From NCBI GenBank assembly GCA_038214755.1, contig JBBQRQ010000119.1, forward strand, positions 1 through 14,401: DNA of 14,401 nt. Reading direction: 5' to 3'. Made by a program: the position numbers and the translations under genes. Numbering within the stretch: the stretch's first letter is position 1; the number at the start of each line of letters is the position of its first letter. Source of the stretch: Verrucomicrobiota bacterium. GTDB lineage: Bacteria; Verrucomicrobiota; Verrucomicrobiia; Limisphaerales; CANJXF01. Under the pieces are notes generated by a model. That model was not told the DNA's origin, did no database searches, and saw only the letters and a program-made list of their open reading frames with translations. Below, in pieces: positions 1 to 7,764 of this stretch.

Positions 1-260
1 GCTTTGACGATTCCATGAGCGACGAGCATGACGCGATTTTCGCCATACCATTTCACATCTTCAAGGATGACCAGCTTTTCAAAAATGTATTTCACAGTGG
101 ACAATTCCGAGATGGTTTGCACCTGCTTCAAAAGGGTGGAGGTGTTCTGAATCTGCGGCGCGGCGGGTCTTTTGAATCCGCGAAAGAGAACGGCAGTCAA
201 CACGCCAAGAAAAATCACGAATGCAATTGCGACCGCGCCAATGACGACTCGTTTGAACAT
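1..260 (-). CDS. DUF4230-like membrane-anchored protein, N-terminal part (runs off the window start)
   Basis: Not in the ORF track because it has no stop in the window. Hand translation from ATG 260 gives MFKRVVIGAVAIAFVIFLGVLTAVLFRGFKRPAAPQIQNTSTLLKQVQTISELSTVKYIFEKLVILEDVKWYGENRVMLVAHGIVK. It has an N-terminal TM helix followed by 'SEL.TVKY...EK' and 'LVAHG.VKAG' segments that I recognise as DUF4230-like. Confidence 0.75.
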   Translation of the reverse strand, partial: MFKRVVIGAVAIAFVIFLGVLTAVLFRGFKRPAAPQIQNTSTLLKQVQTISELSTVKYIFEKLVILEDVKWYGENRVMLVAHGIVK

Positions 261-334
261 GCGGAAAGCTTAACTTCTTAAGCTGAGATGAAAAGTGGCA
301 AGTAATTCGCCGGGACTGCTGCGTTAGAAAGTTT

Positions 335-535
335 CTCGCCCTCACCCCGGCCCTCTCCCCCGAGGAGAGGGAGAATGATAGAGCATCCGCGGGCGTAAAG
401 CATCGTGTGGAAGTTTGTGCATCGCGAAGTTCTTCATTTACGGACGGAAGCAACCATGGGCAAATCACTCATATCACCCAACGGTTTCTAATATTTCTCC
501 CTCTCCTCGGGGGAGAGGGCCGGGGTGAGGGCGAG
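335..535. repeat. Inverted pair of BoxC-like repeats (41-bp perfect arms 335-375 and 495-535, 119-bp spacer)
   Basis: ctcgccctcaccccggccctctcccccgaggagagggagaa at 335-375 is the exact reverse complement of 495-535. Each arm has a pyrimidine tail plus an internal ccctctcc/ggagaggg hairpin. Confidence 0.9.
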
Positions 536-586
536 CGTTGATATTTGATATTACTGAAGCGCACTTATCGCGGTCAGCTTCCGGCA

Positions 587-615
587 TTGCCGCCCGCAGG
601 CCACTTCACTAAGTT
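587..615 (+). promoter_or_regulatory. Putative sigma70-type promoter of hemB (leaderless)
   Basis: TTGCCG (587-592), 17 bp, TAAGTT (610-615), 6 nt, then ATG 622. No Shine-Dalgarno sequence. Confidence 0.55.
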
Positions 616-621
616 GCCGCC

Positions 622-1620
622 ATGAATTTAAATCCAGTTGGGCAATTCCCCAATTATCGCCCACGCCGTCTGCGGCAATCATCGGCGCTGCGAAAACTCG
701 TTCAGGAAACTCGTTTGAGCGCCGACCAACTTGTCCTCCCACTTTTTGTCCGCACCGGAAAAAAGTTGCGCCAGCCGATTTCTTCCATGCCGGGAGTTTT
801 TCAATTTTCGCCGGATGAATTATTGCGCGCCGCCGAAAAAGCCCACGCCCTCGGAGTGCCGGCCATTTTGCTTTTCGGCATTCCAGAAAAAAAAGACGCG
901 AAAGCTTCGGGCGCATTTGCGGCCAACGGAATTGTCCAACAAACGATCCGTCTTTTGAAAAAAGAGTTGCCCGAATTGCTCGTGATCACCGATGTGTGCC
1001 TTTGCGAATACATGAGTCACGGCCACTGCGGAATCGTCGAGCCGTCACGCGGGAAAATTTTGAATGACGCGAGTTTGAAATTGCTCGCGCGAGTCGGCGT
1101 CAGTCACGCCGAGGCGGGCGCGGATATCGTAGCGCCGAGCGACATGATGGATGGCCGCGTTCGCGCCATTCGTGGAGCGCTCGACGAAAATAGTTTTCTG
1201 GACACCCCAATTCTTTCTTACGCCGCCAAATTCGCTTCCGCATTTTACGGCCCGTTTCGTGAAGCGGCGGAATCCGCTCCACAATTCGGTGATCGAAAAA
1301 GTTATCAAATGGATCCAGCCAATGCGGAGGAAGCGCTTCGAGAAGTGGCGCTGGATATTCAAGAAGGCGCTGACATGGTGATGGTCAAACCAGCGCTCGC
1401 TTACCTCGACATTTTGCATCGCGTGAAAATGGAGTTTGGTTATCCCACCGCCGCGTATTCGGTGAGCGCGGAATATTCGATGATTAAAGCGGCGGCGGCA
1501 AAAGGTTGGATCAATGAACGCGCCGTGACGATGGAAAGTCTCCTGGCGATGAGGCGGGCGGGTGCGGATGTTTTGATCACGTACGCAGCGACAGAAGTGG
1601 CCGGTTGGTTGAAGAGTTGA
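622..1620 (+). CDS. hemB: Porphobilinogen synthase (delta-aminolevulinic acid dehydratase)
   Basis: Motifs RPRRLR, DVCLCEYMSHGHCG (Zn-binding cysteines), APSDMMDGRV, SAFYGPFREAA, DRKSYQMDP and MVKPAL; 332 aa. Confidence 0.98.
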   Translation: MNLNPVGQFPNYRPRRLRQSSALRKLVQETRLSADQLVLPLFVRTGKKLRQPISSMPGVFQFSPDELLRAAEKAHALGVPAILLFGIPEKKDAKASGAFAANGIVQQTIRLLKKELPELLVITDVCLCEYMSHGHCGIVEPSRGKILNDASLKLLARVGVSHAEAGADIVAPSDMMDGRVRAIRGALDENSFLDTPILSYAAKFASAFYGPFREAAESAPQFGDRKSYQMDPANAEEALREVALDIQEGADMVMVKPALAYLDILHRVKMEFGYPTAAYSVSAEYSMIKAAAAKGWINERAVTMESLLAMRRAGADVLITYAATEVAGWLKS

Positions 1621-1640
1621 GCCGGGGGTCGAATCGCGGC

Positions 1641-1784
1641 GGGTAGCATCTGCCTCCGGCGGGTGCGAAATGTTTTTTTCCTGCGGAATGTTCAGGGTTG
1701 GAGGTTTTTTATTTTCGAACATCGAACATCCAACGCTGAACATCGAAATCGTTTCTTCGCACCCGCCGGAGGCAGATGCTACCC
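1641..1784. repeat. GTAG-type REP inverted doublet (REPIN-like) between convergent genes, enclosing heptamer repeats
   Basis: gggtagcatctgcctccggcgggtgcgaa (1641-1669) is the exact reverse complement of 1756-1784. The spacer contains aacatcg/aacatcc/aacgctg/aacatcg heptamers (~1718-1747) and a partly complementary tract at ~1688-1706. Confidence 0.85.
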
Positions 1785-1789
1785 TGTGA

Positions 1790-2329
1790 TCAAGGAGTCG
1801 GCCCCATGTGTTTGGACTGAACGAAAACAAAATACAAGATGATGCAAATAATAATCGCGCCGATGACACCGGCGACGATGATAAACAACTTCGTTCCTTT
1901 GTTGCTCTTTTTTCCAAAGGGCGAAGTTCCGCCGAAATGAACAGGTTGTGTTCCCGTGTCGCTCGTCCCCAATTTCACGCCTTGCGGAATGAACATCGTT
2001 TTGTCGGGAAGTTTTTTTCCAGAAATGCTTTTTGATTCATCGGATTCCAAACGCATTTCAATTTGCCCAAGCCGCAAAATTTGTCCCGGCTTGATCACCG
2101 CTTCGCCGGTGATGGGCTGTCCGTTGATGAAAGTGCCGTTGGTGGAATTTAAATCTTTGACCACGACTTCGGCGTCGCGCAAAAAAACTTCGCAGTGATG
2201 GCTGGAAATGGAGCCTTCCGGAATGGGGAAAGAATTGTCGTCCACCCGCCCGATGGTGCTGGCGCTATCCGCCTTCAATTCGTGGGCGCGTCCGGTCAAA
2301 CCTTCACTGAGTACGACAAGTCTCGGCAT
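1790..2329 (-). CDS. FHA domain protein with C-terminal transmembrane helix
   Basis: FHA motifs TIGR..DN, ISSHH, VKDLNSTNGTFING and GQILRLG; hydrophobic C-terminal segment LFIIVAGVIGAIIICIILYFVFV. Confidence 0.92.
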   Translation of the reverse strand: MPRLVVLSEGLTGRAHELKADSASTIGRVDDNSFPIPEGSISSHHCEVFLRDAEVVVKDLNSTNGTFINGQPITGEAVIKPGQILRLGQIEMRLESDESKSISGKKLPDKTMFIPQGVKLGTSDTGTQPVHFGGTSPFGKKSNKGTKLFIIVAGVIGAIIICIILYFVFVQSKHMGPTP

Positions 2330-2346
2330 AAATGATTAGCGCGGGG

Positions 2347-2374
2347 ATTATGTTCAGGAACGAATTCAAGTCAA
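2347..2374 (-). promoter_or_regulatory. Putative sigma70-type promoter of the FHA gene
   Basis: On the minus strand: TTGACT (2374-2369), 16 bp, CATAAT (2352-2347), 17 nt upstream of ATG 2329. Confidence 0.55.
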
Positions 2375-2428
2375 AGGTTTTCCCGATGACGCTCCAGTTT
2401 GCAAACAAACAAAATGGTTGAACCATGT

Positions 2429-2522
2429 TTTCAACGCAGAGGTCTCAAAGGTTCTCGCAGAGGCGCGCAGAGAAAAGACCTTTGCGTCCTTTGCGAGAAC
2501 CTCCGCGCCCTCTGCGTTGAAA
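2429..2522. repeat. ~94-bp imperfect palindrome built from cgcagagg-like units, downstream of carA
   Basis: tttcaacgcagagg (2429-2442) pairs with cctctgcgttgaaa (2509-2522). The inner aggttctcgca pairs with tgcgagaacct around an A-rich loop. Confidence 0.8.
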
Positions 2523-2557
2523 TTCTTCTTCAAACGATGGGGAAAAATTTTGTCGAT

Positions 2558-3715
2558 TCAGGATTTTTCAATCAACTTTCGGAACTCGCCGAAAAGCGCG
2601 GTTGAATCATGCGGGCCCGGCGACGCCTCTGGATGATATTGCACGCAATAAATCGGTTTGGTTTTGTGGCGCAGTCCCTCGACGGTTTGATCGTTTAAAT
2701 TAATTCGCGTCACGGAAACTTCCGACGGCAACGATTTCGCATCGACGGCGAATCCGTGGTTCTGTGAAGTGATTTCAACCTTGCCGGTTTCCAAATCTTT
2801 TACCGGTTGATTGCCGCCGCGATGTCCAAATTTTAATTTAAAAGTTTTTCCACCAAAAGCCTGCCCGAGAATCTGATGACCGAGACAAATTCCGAAAATA
2901 GGAATCCCGCTCTCGATCAAATCTTTGGTTGATTGCACCGCGTAACCCAGCGCGGAAGGATCGCCGGGGCCGTTGGAAAGAAAAATTCCCGCTGGTTTAT
3001 ATTTCAAAGCTTCGGCGGCGGGGGTGGAAGCGGGAACCACTTGAACTTTGAAACCCCGCTGACGCAATCGGCGGAGAATATTGTATTTCATTCCGAAATC
3101 GTAGGCGACGATTGGGATGTCGGCGGGCGGCATTTCGTCGCGGACATTGCGCGAATCCAACGTCGTGTTGCCGCGAATTAAATTAAAGCTCGCGCTCTGC
3201 TCATCTTTTTCGTCCCAGAGAAATGGTTCCTGGTGCGTGACCTCTTTCACGTAATCGACGCCGAGCAGCCCCGGCCAGTTTTTCGCGCGCGAAATCGCGT
3301 CCGCATCCGAAATATTTTCCGTGGAAATAAATCCTTTCATCGCACCGCCGACCCGCAATTTTTTGGTCAGAGCGCGGGTGTCAATTCCTTGAAGTCCCGG
3401 AATGCCATTTTTCTCCAGATATTCCGCGAGAGAAAAATCCGCGCGCCAATTGCTGACCACCGGCGAGAGTTCGCGAATCACGAAACCGCCGACGTGCGGC
3501 CGCCACGATTCCACGTCCTGATTGTTCACGCCGTAATTTCCGATGAGCGGATAAGTCATCGTCACGATCTGTCCTTTGTAGGAAGGGTCGGTGAGAATTT
3601 CCTGGTAACCGGTCATCGAAGTGTTGAAGCAAACTTCGCCACAAGCGCTGGCCGTCGCGCCAAATCCGCTGCCGCGAAAAACCGATCCATCTTCGAGAGC
3701 TAAAATTGCGTTCAT
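2558..3715 (-). CDS. carA: Carbamoyl-phosphate synthase small (glutaminase) subunit
   Basis: Start reset to ATG 3715 ([10 protein letters not shown]). Motifs [35 protein letters not shown] (catalytic Cys), [10 protein letters not shown] and [11 protein letters not shown]. Confidence 0.97.
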   Translation of the reverse strand: MNAILALEDGSVFRGSGFGATASACGEVCFNTSMTGYQEILTDPSYKGQIVTMTYPLIGNYGVNNQDVESWRPHVGGFVIRELSPVVSNWRADFSLAEYLEKNGIPGLQGIDTRALTKKLRVGGAMKGFISTENISDADAISRAKNWPGLLGVDYVKEVTHQEPFLWDEKDEQSASFNLIRGNTTLDSRNVRDEMPPADIPIVAYDFGMKYNILRRLRQRGFKVQVVPASTPAAEALKYKPAGIFLSNGPGDPSALGYAVQSTKDLIESGIPIFGICLGHQILGQAFGGKTFKLKFGHRGGNQPVKDLETGKVEITSQNHGFAVDAKSLPSEVSVTRINLNDQTVEGLRHKTKPIYCVQYHPEASPGPHDSTALFGEFRKLIEKS

Positions 3716-3759
3716 CAAAAGTTTTGTAGCGGCGCGTCTGTGACTGCCGCAGTCGCGCG

Positions 3760-3787
3760 ATGCTACGACGGTGAGAAGTTTGGTCAA
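3760..3787 (-). promoter_or_regulatory. Putative sigma70-type promoter of carA
   Basis: On the minus strand: TTGACC (3787-3782), 16 bp, TAGCAT (3765-3760). Confidence 0.5.
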
Positions 3788-3812
3788 GCGCGAGCGCCAA
3801 ACAAATGCGGTA

Positions 3813-4106
3813 TCACGGGAGTTTTGCCTTAATCCAACTTTCATCGCGGCGACAATCTACAACCGCATAAATGAAAGCCGTTTGGTTAAAAACTTTGTAA
3901 AAAACCGCGAACGGAAAACGTTTGGATAACAGCCGATGATAATCTTTGTAAACCTTGCGGTGAATGCCCGCGTAAAGTTGGAGCGACTCGATATCCGAAT
4001 AAACACTGGTTAGAAAATAATCGCCCAATCCCGTCTGTTGCTCTTCGTAGAAATGAAATCCTTCATCGAGATCAATTGCGGCGCGGTCGAGAATCTCAAT
4101 CTTCAT
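3813..4106 (-). CDS. RelE/ParE-family type II toxin
   Basis: Start reset to ATG 4106 ([31 protein letters not shown]...[13 protein letters not shown]...[10 protein letters not shown]). It overlaps the antitoxin stop in an ATGA junction. Confidence 0.9.
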   Translation of the reverse strand: MKIEILDRAAIDLDEGFHFYEEQQTGLGDYFLTSVYSDIESLQLYAGIHRKVYKDYHRLLSKRFPFAVFYKVFNQTAFIYAVVDCRRDESWIKAKLP

Positions 4107-4321
4107 TTCCTTCCCGACTCGATCCGCGCCTTCGCCGTTTCCCAATCGAGAAATTGCGCTTTCCCTTCCTTGACCGAACGCTCGCGTTCATCCAGCAAAT
4201 CTTTATGCCATTGCGGGACGACGATGTCTTCTTCTCGGCGGCTCAGATTTTCCCAAAGGAGTTCCATGGCGCGAAGTTTTTCTTCGAGCGTCATCTGTTC
4301 AATATTTAGCAATGCGGACAT
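4103..4321 (-). CDS. Addiction-module antitoxin (TIGR02574-like)
   Basis: 72 aa with MTLEEKLRAMELLWENL...PQWHKDLLDERE...FLDWETAKARI; directly upstream of the ParE-like toxin. Confidence 0.9.
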   Translation of the reverse strand: MSALLNIEQMTLEEKLRAMELLWENLSRREEDIVVPQWHKDLLDERERSVKEGKAQFLDWETAKARIESGRK

Positions 4322-4327
4322 GCAATG

Positions 4328-4356
4328 AAACTAGGCTCAGGATCCTGCAAGTTCAA
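4328..4356 (-). promoter_or_regulatory. Putative leaderless promoter of the toxin-antitoxin operon
   Basis: On the minus strand: TTGAAC (4356-4351), 17 bp, TAGTTT (4333-4328), 6 nt, then ATG 4321. Confidence 0.55.
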
Positions 4357-5683
4357 TTACGGTTTTCTTAAGCGATAAAACTGCGCGCTGCCGGAAATGG
4401 AATTGGTGACGGTGAACTGCGCGCCAACGGTGGTTGGCGCATTGGTGGAATCAATCAAGTTGGTGGAAGAATTCAAATCCGCCGCCGATTGCAACGTGAA
4501 CCCAAGCGCATTCGTCGGCCAGGAGAGAACCAGTTCATTGCCGCTTACCCGACAATTTAAAGCGACGGGCATGATGATTCGGAAAACTGTTCCTGCATTA
4601 TTTGCGCCTCCGGAATAAGTTGTGCCGTAGTAATTACCGTCCTTCCCCTGCACCAGTCCTCCATAAGGATTACCACCATCATAGCCATGAAATGAGAATA
4701 GGCTGGTTAGCGTCCCGTCGGGCTTCATTCGAAACACACTCCCAAAATTCCCAGCGCCTTTCGCCGCTGTGCCGTAAAAGTTACCATCATGACTTTGAAT
4801 TACCCCGCTATACGGATAATACCCAAGTGCGAAATTTAATTGAGCCAACTTCGTCAATACTCCTGTGGTTGTCATACGAAAGACAGTCCCGCGATTGCCG
4901 CCAATAGTTGTGCCATACAAATTTCCATCGCTCCCCTCGATCAATCCACGCGGGCTATTGATATCCCTGCCAGTGCCATCGAATGAAAACAGCGAAGTTA
5001 TCGTGCCATTAGTCGTCATTCGAAATACCGAGCCAGGATGTATGTCGCCAGCACCGCAAATTCCATAGAAATCGCCGTCGCTAGCTTGGATCAGCACGAT
5101 GGGGCCAACGCCGTTGGTACCATCGAACGAGACCAGCGTCGTGAGCACTCCATCCGGCGTCATTTTAAATACCGTTCCAAAACTTTGCCCATCCGGCCTC
5201 GCTATGATACGCGCCACCCTTCACAGTGATGCCGTAGAAATTGCCATCAGTCGCCTGGACCAATCCCCGCGCATCCGCGCCATTGGTGCCGTTGAATAAA
5301 GCCAATGTAGTCAAGGAGCCGTTGGTTGTTATTTTAAATATCGTTCCGAAACCAGCGCCGCCATTCAGCGAAACGTCGCCGCCGATAGTTGTAGTGCTAT
5401 ACAAATCGCCATCGTTCCCCTGCAACAGACCCACTGTCGGGTACATTCCATTGGTGTATTGAAATGAAACCAAAGTGGTCATTCCGCCGGAGGGAGTCAC
5501 CCTGAACACAGTTGATAAAGTGGTGCCATAGAAATTGCCGTCGGTCGCCTGTATTAATTCGGAAAATGGAGAACCGTCTGCATTTTGAAATGAGTGAAGC
5601 AACTCGAAACTTTGTCCGCGCGCCAACGGCGCGAGCGCAAGGATTAGACCCGTCAGGAAAAGTTGGTTGAATTTGGCGAGCAT
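4357..5683 (-). pseudogene. Secreted Gloeo_Verruco (GloVer) repeat protein, probable beta-propeller, split by a frameshift near 5190-5215
   Basis: Signal peptide MLAKFNQLFLTGLILALAPLARG, then repeated 'L(I/V)QxxDGNFYGTT..GG...GTVF(R/K)(M/I)T..G.LT.L.SF' units that continue across ORFs 5165-5683 and 4357-5217. The total span of 1327 nt is 3n+1. Could be a sequencing indel. Confidence 0.85.
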
Positions 5684-5753
5684 TGGTGGCCCGGCAACTT
5701 TACTCGACTATCTCTGTTTTTCATAACGGTTTTATGAGCAATCACAGTTTGGT

Positions 5754-5786
5754 AAAAAAAAAGCGCGGCGAAAATCGCCACGCTTT
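5754..5786 (-). terminator. Intrinsic terminator after pyrC-thioredoxin
   Basis: Minus strand aaagcgtggcga-ttt-tcgccgcgc forms a stem followed by a run of 9 T. Confidence 0.75.
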
Positions 5787-5791
5787 CACTC

Positions 5792-5861
5792 GGTAGAGCG
5801 AGAGTCCTCTCAAGCTCCATTTGTTTTTCGGAAGTCAGGGCTCGACGGAGTCGCGCCCCCC
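5792..5861. repeat. Degenerate GTAG-type REP doublet
   Basis: ggtagagcgagagtcctctcaagc and gctcgacggagtcgcgccccc are imperfect inverted copies of a ggtagggcgagactccgtcgagc-like unit. Confidence 0.55.
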
Positions 5862-5871
5862 GCGCAAACGG

Positions 5872-6306
5872 TTACGACTTCTTCAACTTATCCAATTCCG
5901 CGATGAAGGCTTTTGGTCCGCCTTTCATGTAACCGAGTTGGCCGACTTTTTGGCCGTCGCCGTTGAGAACGATAATGGTGGGATAGCCTTCAATTCCATA
6001 TTTGGACTGCAAAGCATGGTTCGCTTTTTTCAACTCGGCGCTCTGTGATTTTTTGCGGGGGAAATCCACTTCCACCAAAACCAAATTGTCCTTGGCATAC
6101 TTGGCGAATTCCGGCGTGCTAAAAACTTCCTTGTGCAATCTGATGCACCAGCCGCACCAATCCGAGCCGGTGAAATCCATCAGCACCAATTTCTTTTCCT
6201 TCTTTGCCTCCGCTTGCGCTTTGGGCAAATCGGTCGTCCATGATTCAGCCGCCTTGAGCTGGAGCACGGCGAAACAGGTCAATAAACAGAGTGTCAATTT
6301 TTTCAT
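5872..6306 (-). CDS. Exported thioredoxin-fold protein (CGWC active site)
   Basis: Signal peptide followed by W.TD...A...AKKEKK.VLMDFTGSDWCGWCIRL...VEVDFPR...YGIEGYPT. It lies 31 bp downstream of pyrC. Confidence 0.92.
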   Translation of the reverse strand: MKKLTLCLLTCFAVLQLKAAESWTTDLPKAQAEAKKEKKLVLMDFTGSDWCGWCIRLHKEVFSTPEFAKYAKDNLVLVEVDFPRKKSQSAELKKANHALQSKYGIEGYPTIIVLNGDGQKVGQLGYMKGGPKAFIAELDKLKKS

Positions 6307-6337
6307 AATTTTTAGAATTCAAGTTTCCCAATCGAAG

Positions 6338-7729
6338 TTAGACTGCGAGCAATTCGTTTTGTTCACGCCAAATTACTTTCCCGCCCACGATTGTCAAAAC
6401 CGCTTTTCCGCGCAATGACCAGCCGTGAAACGGACTGTTGCGCGACTTGCTTTCGGATTCGTCAAACACCCATTCGCAATTTGTATCGAAAACTGTGATA
6501 TCCGCATCGGCGCCAATCTTCAAAGTTCCTTTCGGAAGATTGAGCAGTCGGGCAGGGGCCACAGTAAATTTTGCGATCAAATCGATCAGCGGCATTTTGT
6601 GAGCGTGATGAAGTTGCATGAGGGAAAGCGAAAGTTCGGTTTCAAAACCGGTGATGCCAAACGGAGCGTAATCGAACTCAACTTCTTTTTCGTAATCGCA
6701 GTGCGGCGCGTGATCGCTGCATAAAATTTCCAACGTGCCGTCGAGCAGTCCTTCGATGATCGCCTCGCGATCGCGCGCGGAACGCAATGGCGGATTCATT
6801 TTGAAATTGGTGTCGTAGGACGGCCAGGAGGGACGGTGGGATGTTGAGGGTTGAGAGTTGAGGGTTGAGAAAAGATTTTTTCCGTCTTCCGCCCAGAATT
6901 TATCGCTGCCGGCGATGGCGGAATCGGTCAAAACAAAATGATGTGGGCAGGCTTCGCCCGAAATCGGGAGGCCGCGTTTTTTTGCGTCGCGGAGAAGTTG
7001 GACGCTGCCAGCGGAACTCAAATGTTGGCAATGAATTTTCGCGCCGGTCAGTTCAGCCAACAAAATATTTCGCGCGACGATCATTTCTTCGCCCGCCGAC
7101 GGCCAGCCGCTCAAACCGAGATTCGCGCTCCAATAACCTTCGTGCATCATGCCGTCGGCCACGAGCGAATAATCCTGGCAATGATCCATCACGGGCAGAT
7201 CGAACATCTTTGCGTATTCGAGAGCGCGACGCATCAAGTCGTTGTTTTGAATGCAATGCCCGTCGTCGGTGATGGCAATCACGCCCGCTTTTTTTAACGA
7301 ACCAATCGGGGCCAATTCTTCGCCCGCGATGTTTTTTGTGATGGCTCCGGCGACAAATAAATTCACGACACTTTCGCGCGCGGCCTTTTCGTGAATCAAG
7401 GCAACGGTCCCGGCATTGTCGATGGGCGGAAAAGTGTTCGGCATGCAGACGACGGAAGTGAATCCACCGCGCGCCGCCGCCATCGTTCCGGTGGCAATTG
7501 TTTCTTTGGCGGATTGACCCGGCTCGCGGAGATGGGCGTGCAAATCAATCAGGCCGGGACAGACCACAAAATTTTTTGCGTCAAACGTTTCGCAATCGCG
7601 CGGCGCTTTGGTTTTTGCTTCTTGGCCGATTGCGGAAATTTTTCCGTTCACGATGAGCAAATCGGCGACGGAATCAACTCGGCTGGCCGGGTCGATGACA
7701 TGTCCGCCGATGAGAAGCAACGAACTCAT
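6338..7729 (-). CDS. pyrC: Dihydroorotase (type I, multifunctional-complex type)
   Basis: Start reset to ATG 7729 (MSSLLLIGGHVIDP); the longer ORF runs through the tRNA. Motifs PGLIDLHAHLREPG, GGFTSVVCMPNT, TDDG, KMNPPLR, SDHAPH and APFGITG. Confidence 0.96.
   Translation of the reverse strand: MSSLLLIGGHVIDPASRVDSVADLLIVNGKISAIGQEAKTKAPRDCETFDAKNFVVCPGLIDLHAHLREPGQSAKETIATGTMAAARGGFTSVVCMPNTFPPIDNAGTVALIHEKAARESVVNLFVAGAITKNIAGEELAPIGSLKKAGVIAITDDGHCIQNNDLMRRALEYAKMFDLPVMDHCQDYSLVADGMMHEGYWSANLGLSGWPSAGEEMIVARNILLAELTGAKIHCQHLSSAGSVQLLRDAKKRGLPISGEACPHHFVLTDSAIAGSDKFWAEDGKNLFSTLNSQPSTSHRPSWPSYDTNFKMNPPLRSARDREAIIEGLLDGTLEILCSDHAPHCDYEKEVEFDYAPFGITGFETELSLSLMQLHHAHKMPLIDLIAKFTVAPARLLNLPKGTLKIGADADITVFDTNCEWVFDESESKSRNSPFHGWSLRGKAVLTIVGGKVIWREQNELLAV
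6843..6870. repeat. Tandem heptamer array (gttgagR)x4 inside pyrC
   Basis: gttgagg gttgaga gttgagg gttgaga, encoding part of STLNSQPST. Confidence 0.85.
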
Positions 7730-7736
7730 GCGCGGG

Positions 7737-7764
7737 AGAATAACGAGGCGAATTGACAACGCAA
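7737..7764 (-). promoter_or_regulatory. Putative leaderless promoter of pyrC
   Basis: On the minus strand: TTGCGT (7764-7759), 16 bp, TATTCT (7742-7737), 7 nt, then ATG 7729. Confidence 0.5.

Noticed and set aside
15..468. ORFs 15-281 (+) and 79-468 (-)
   Set aside because: They are shadows of the minus-strand DUF4230-like gene and of the BoxC-like repeat, with no recognisable protein features.
1045..1917. 290-aa minus-strand ORF
   Set aside because: It is antisense to hemB and runs through the REP doublet; typical GC-rich shadow ORF.
335..2522. CRISPR array or integron attC cassettes
   Set aside because: The repeats are inverted pairs from different families, not direct repeats with regular spacers. 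No cas or intI gene and no consistent RYYYAAC/GTTRRRY ends are present.
3716..3844. 43-aa N-terminal extension of CarA in the ORF track
   Set aside because: Homology begins at [10 protein letters not shown], and the extension overlaps the toxin gene and the predicted promoter.
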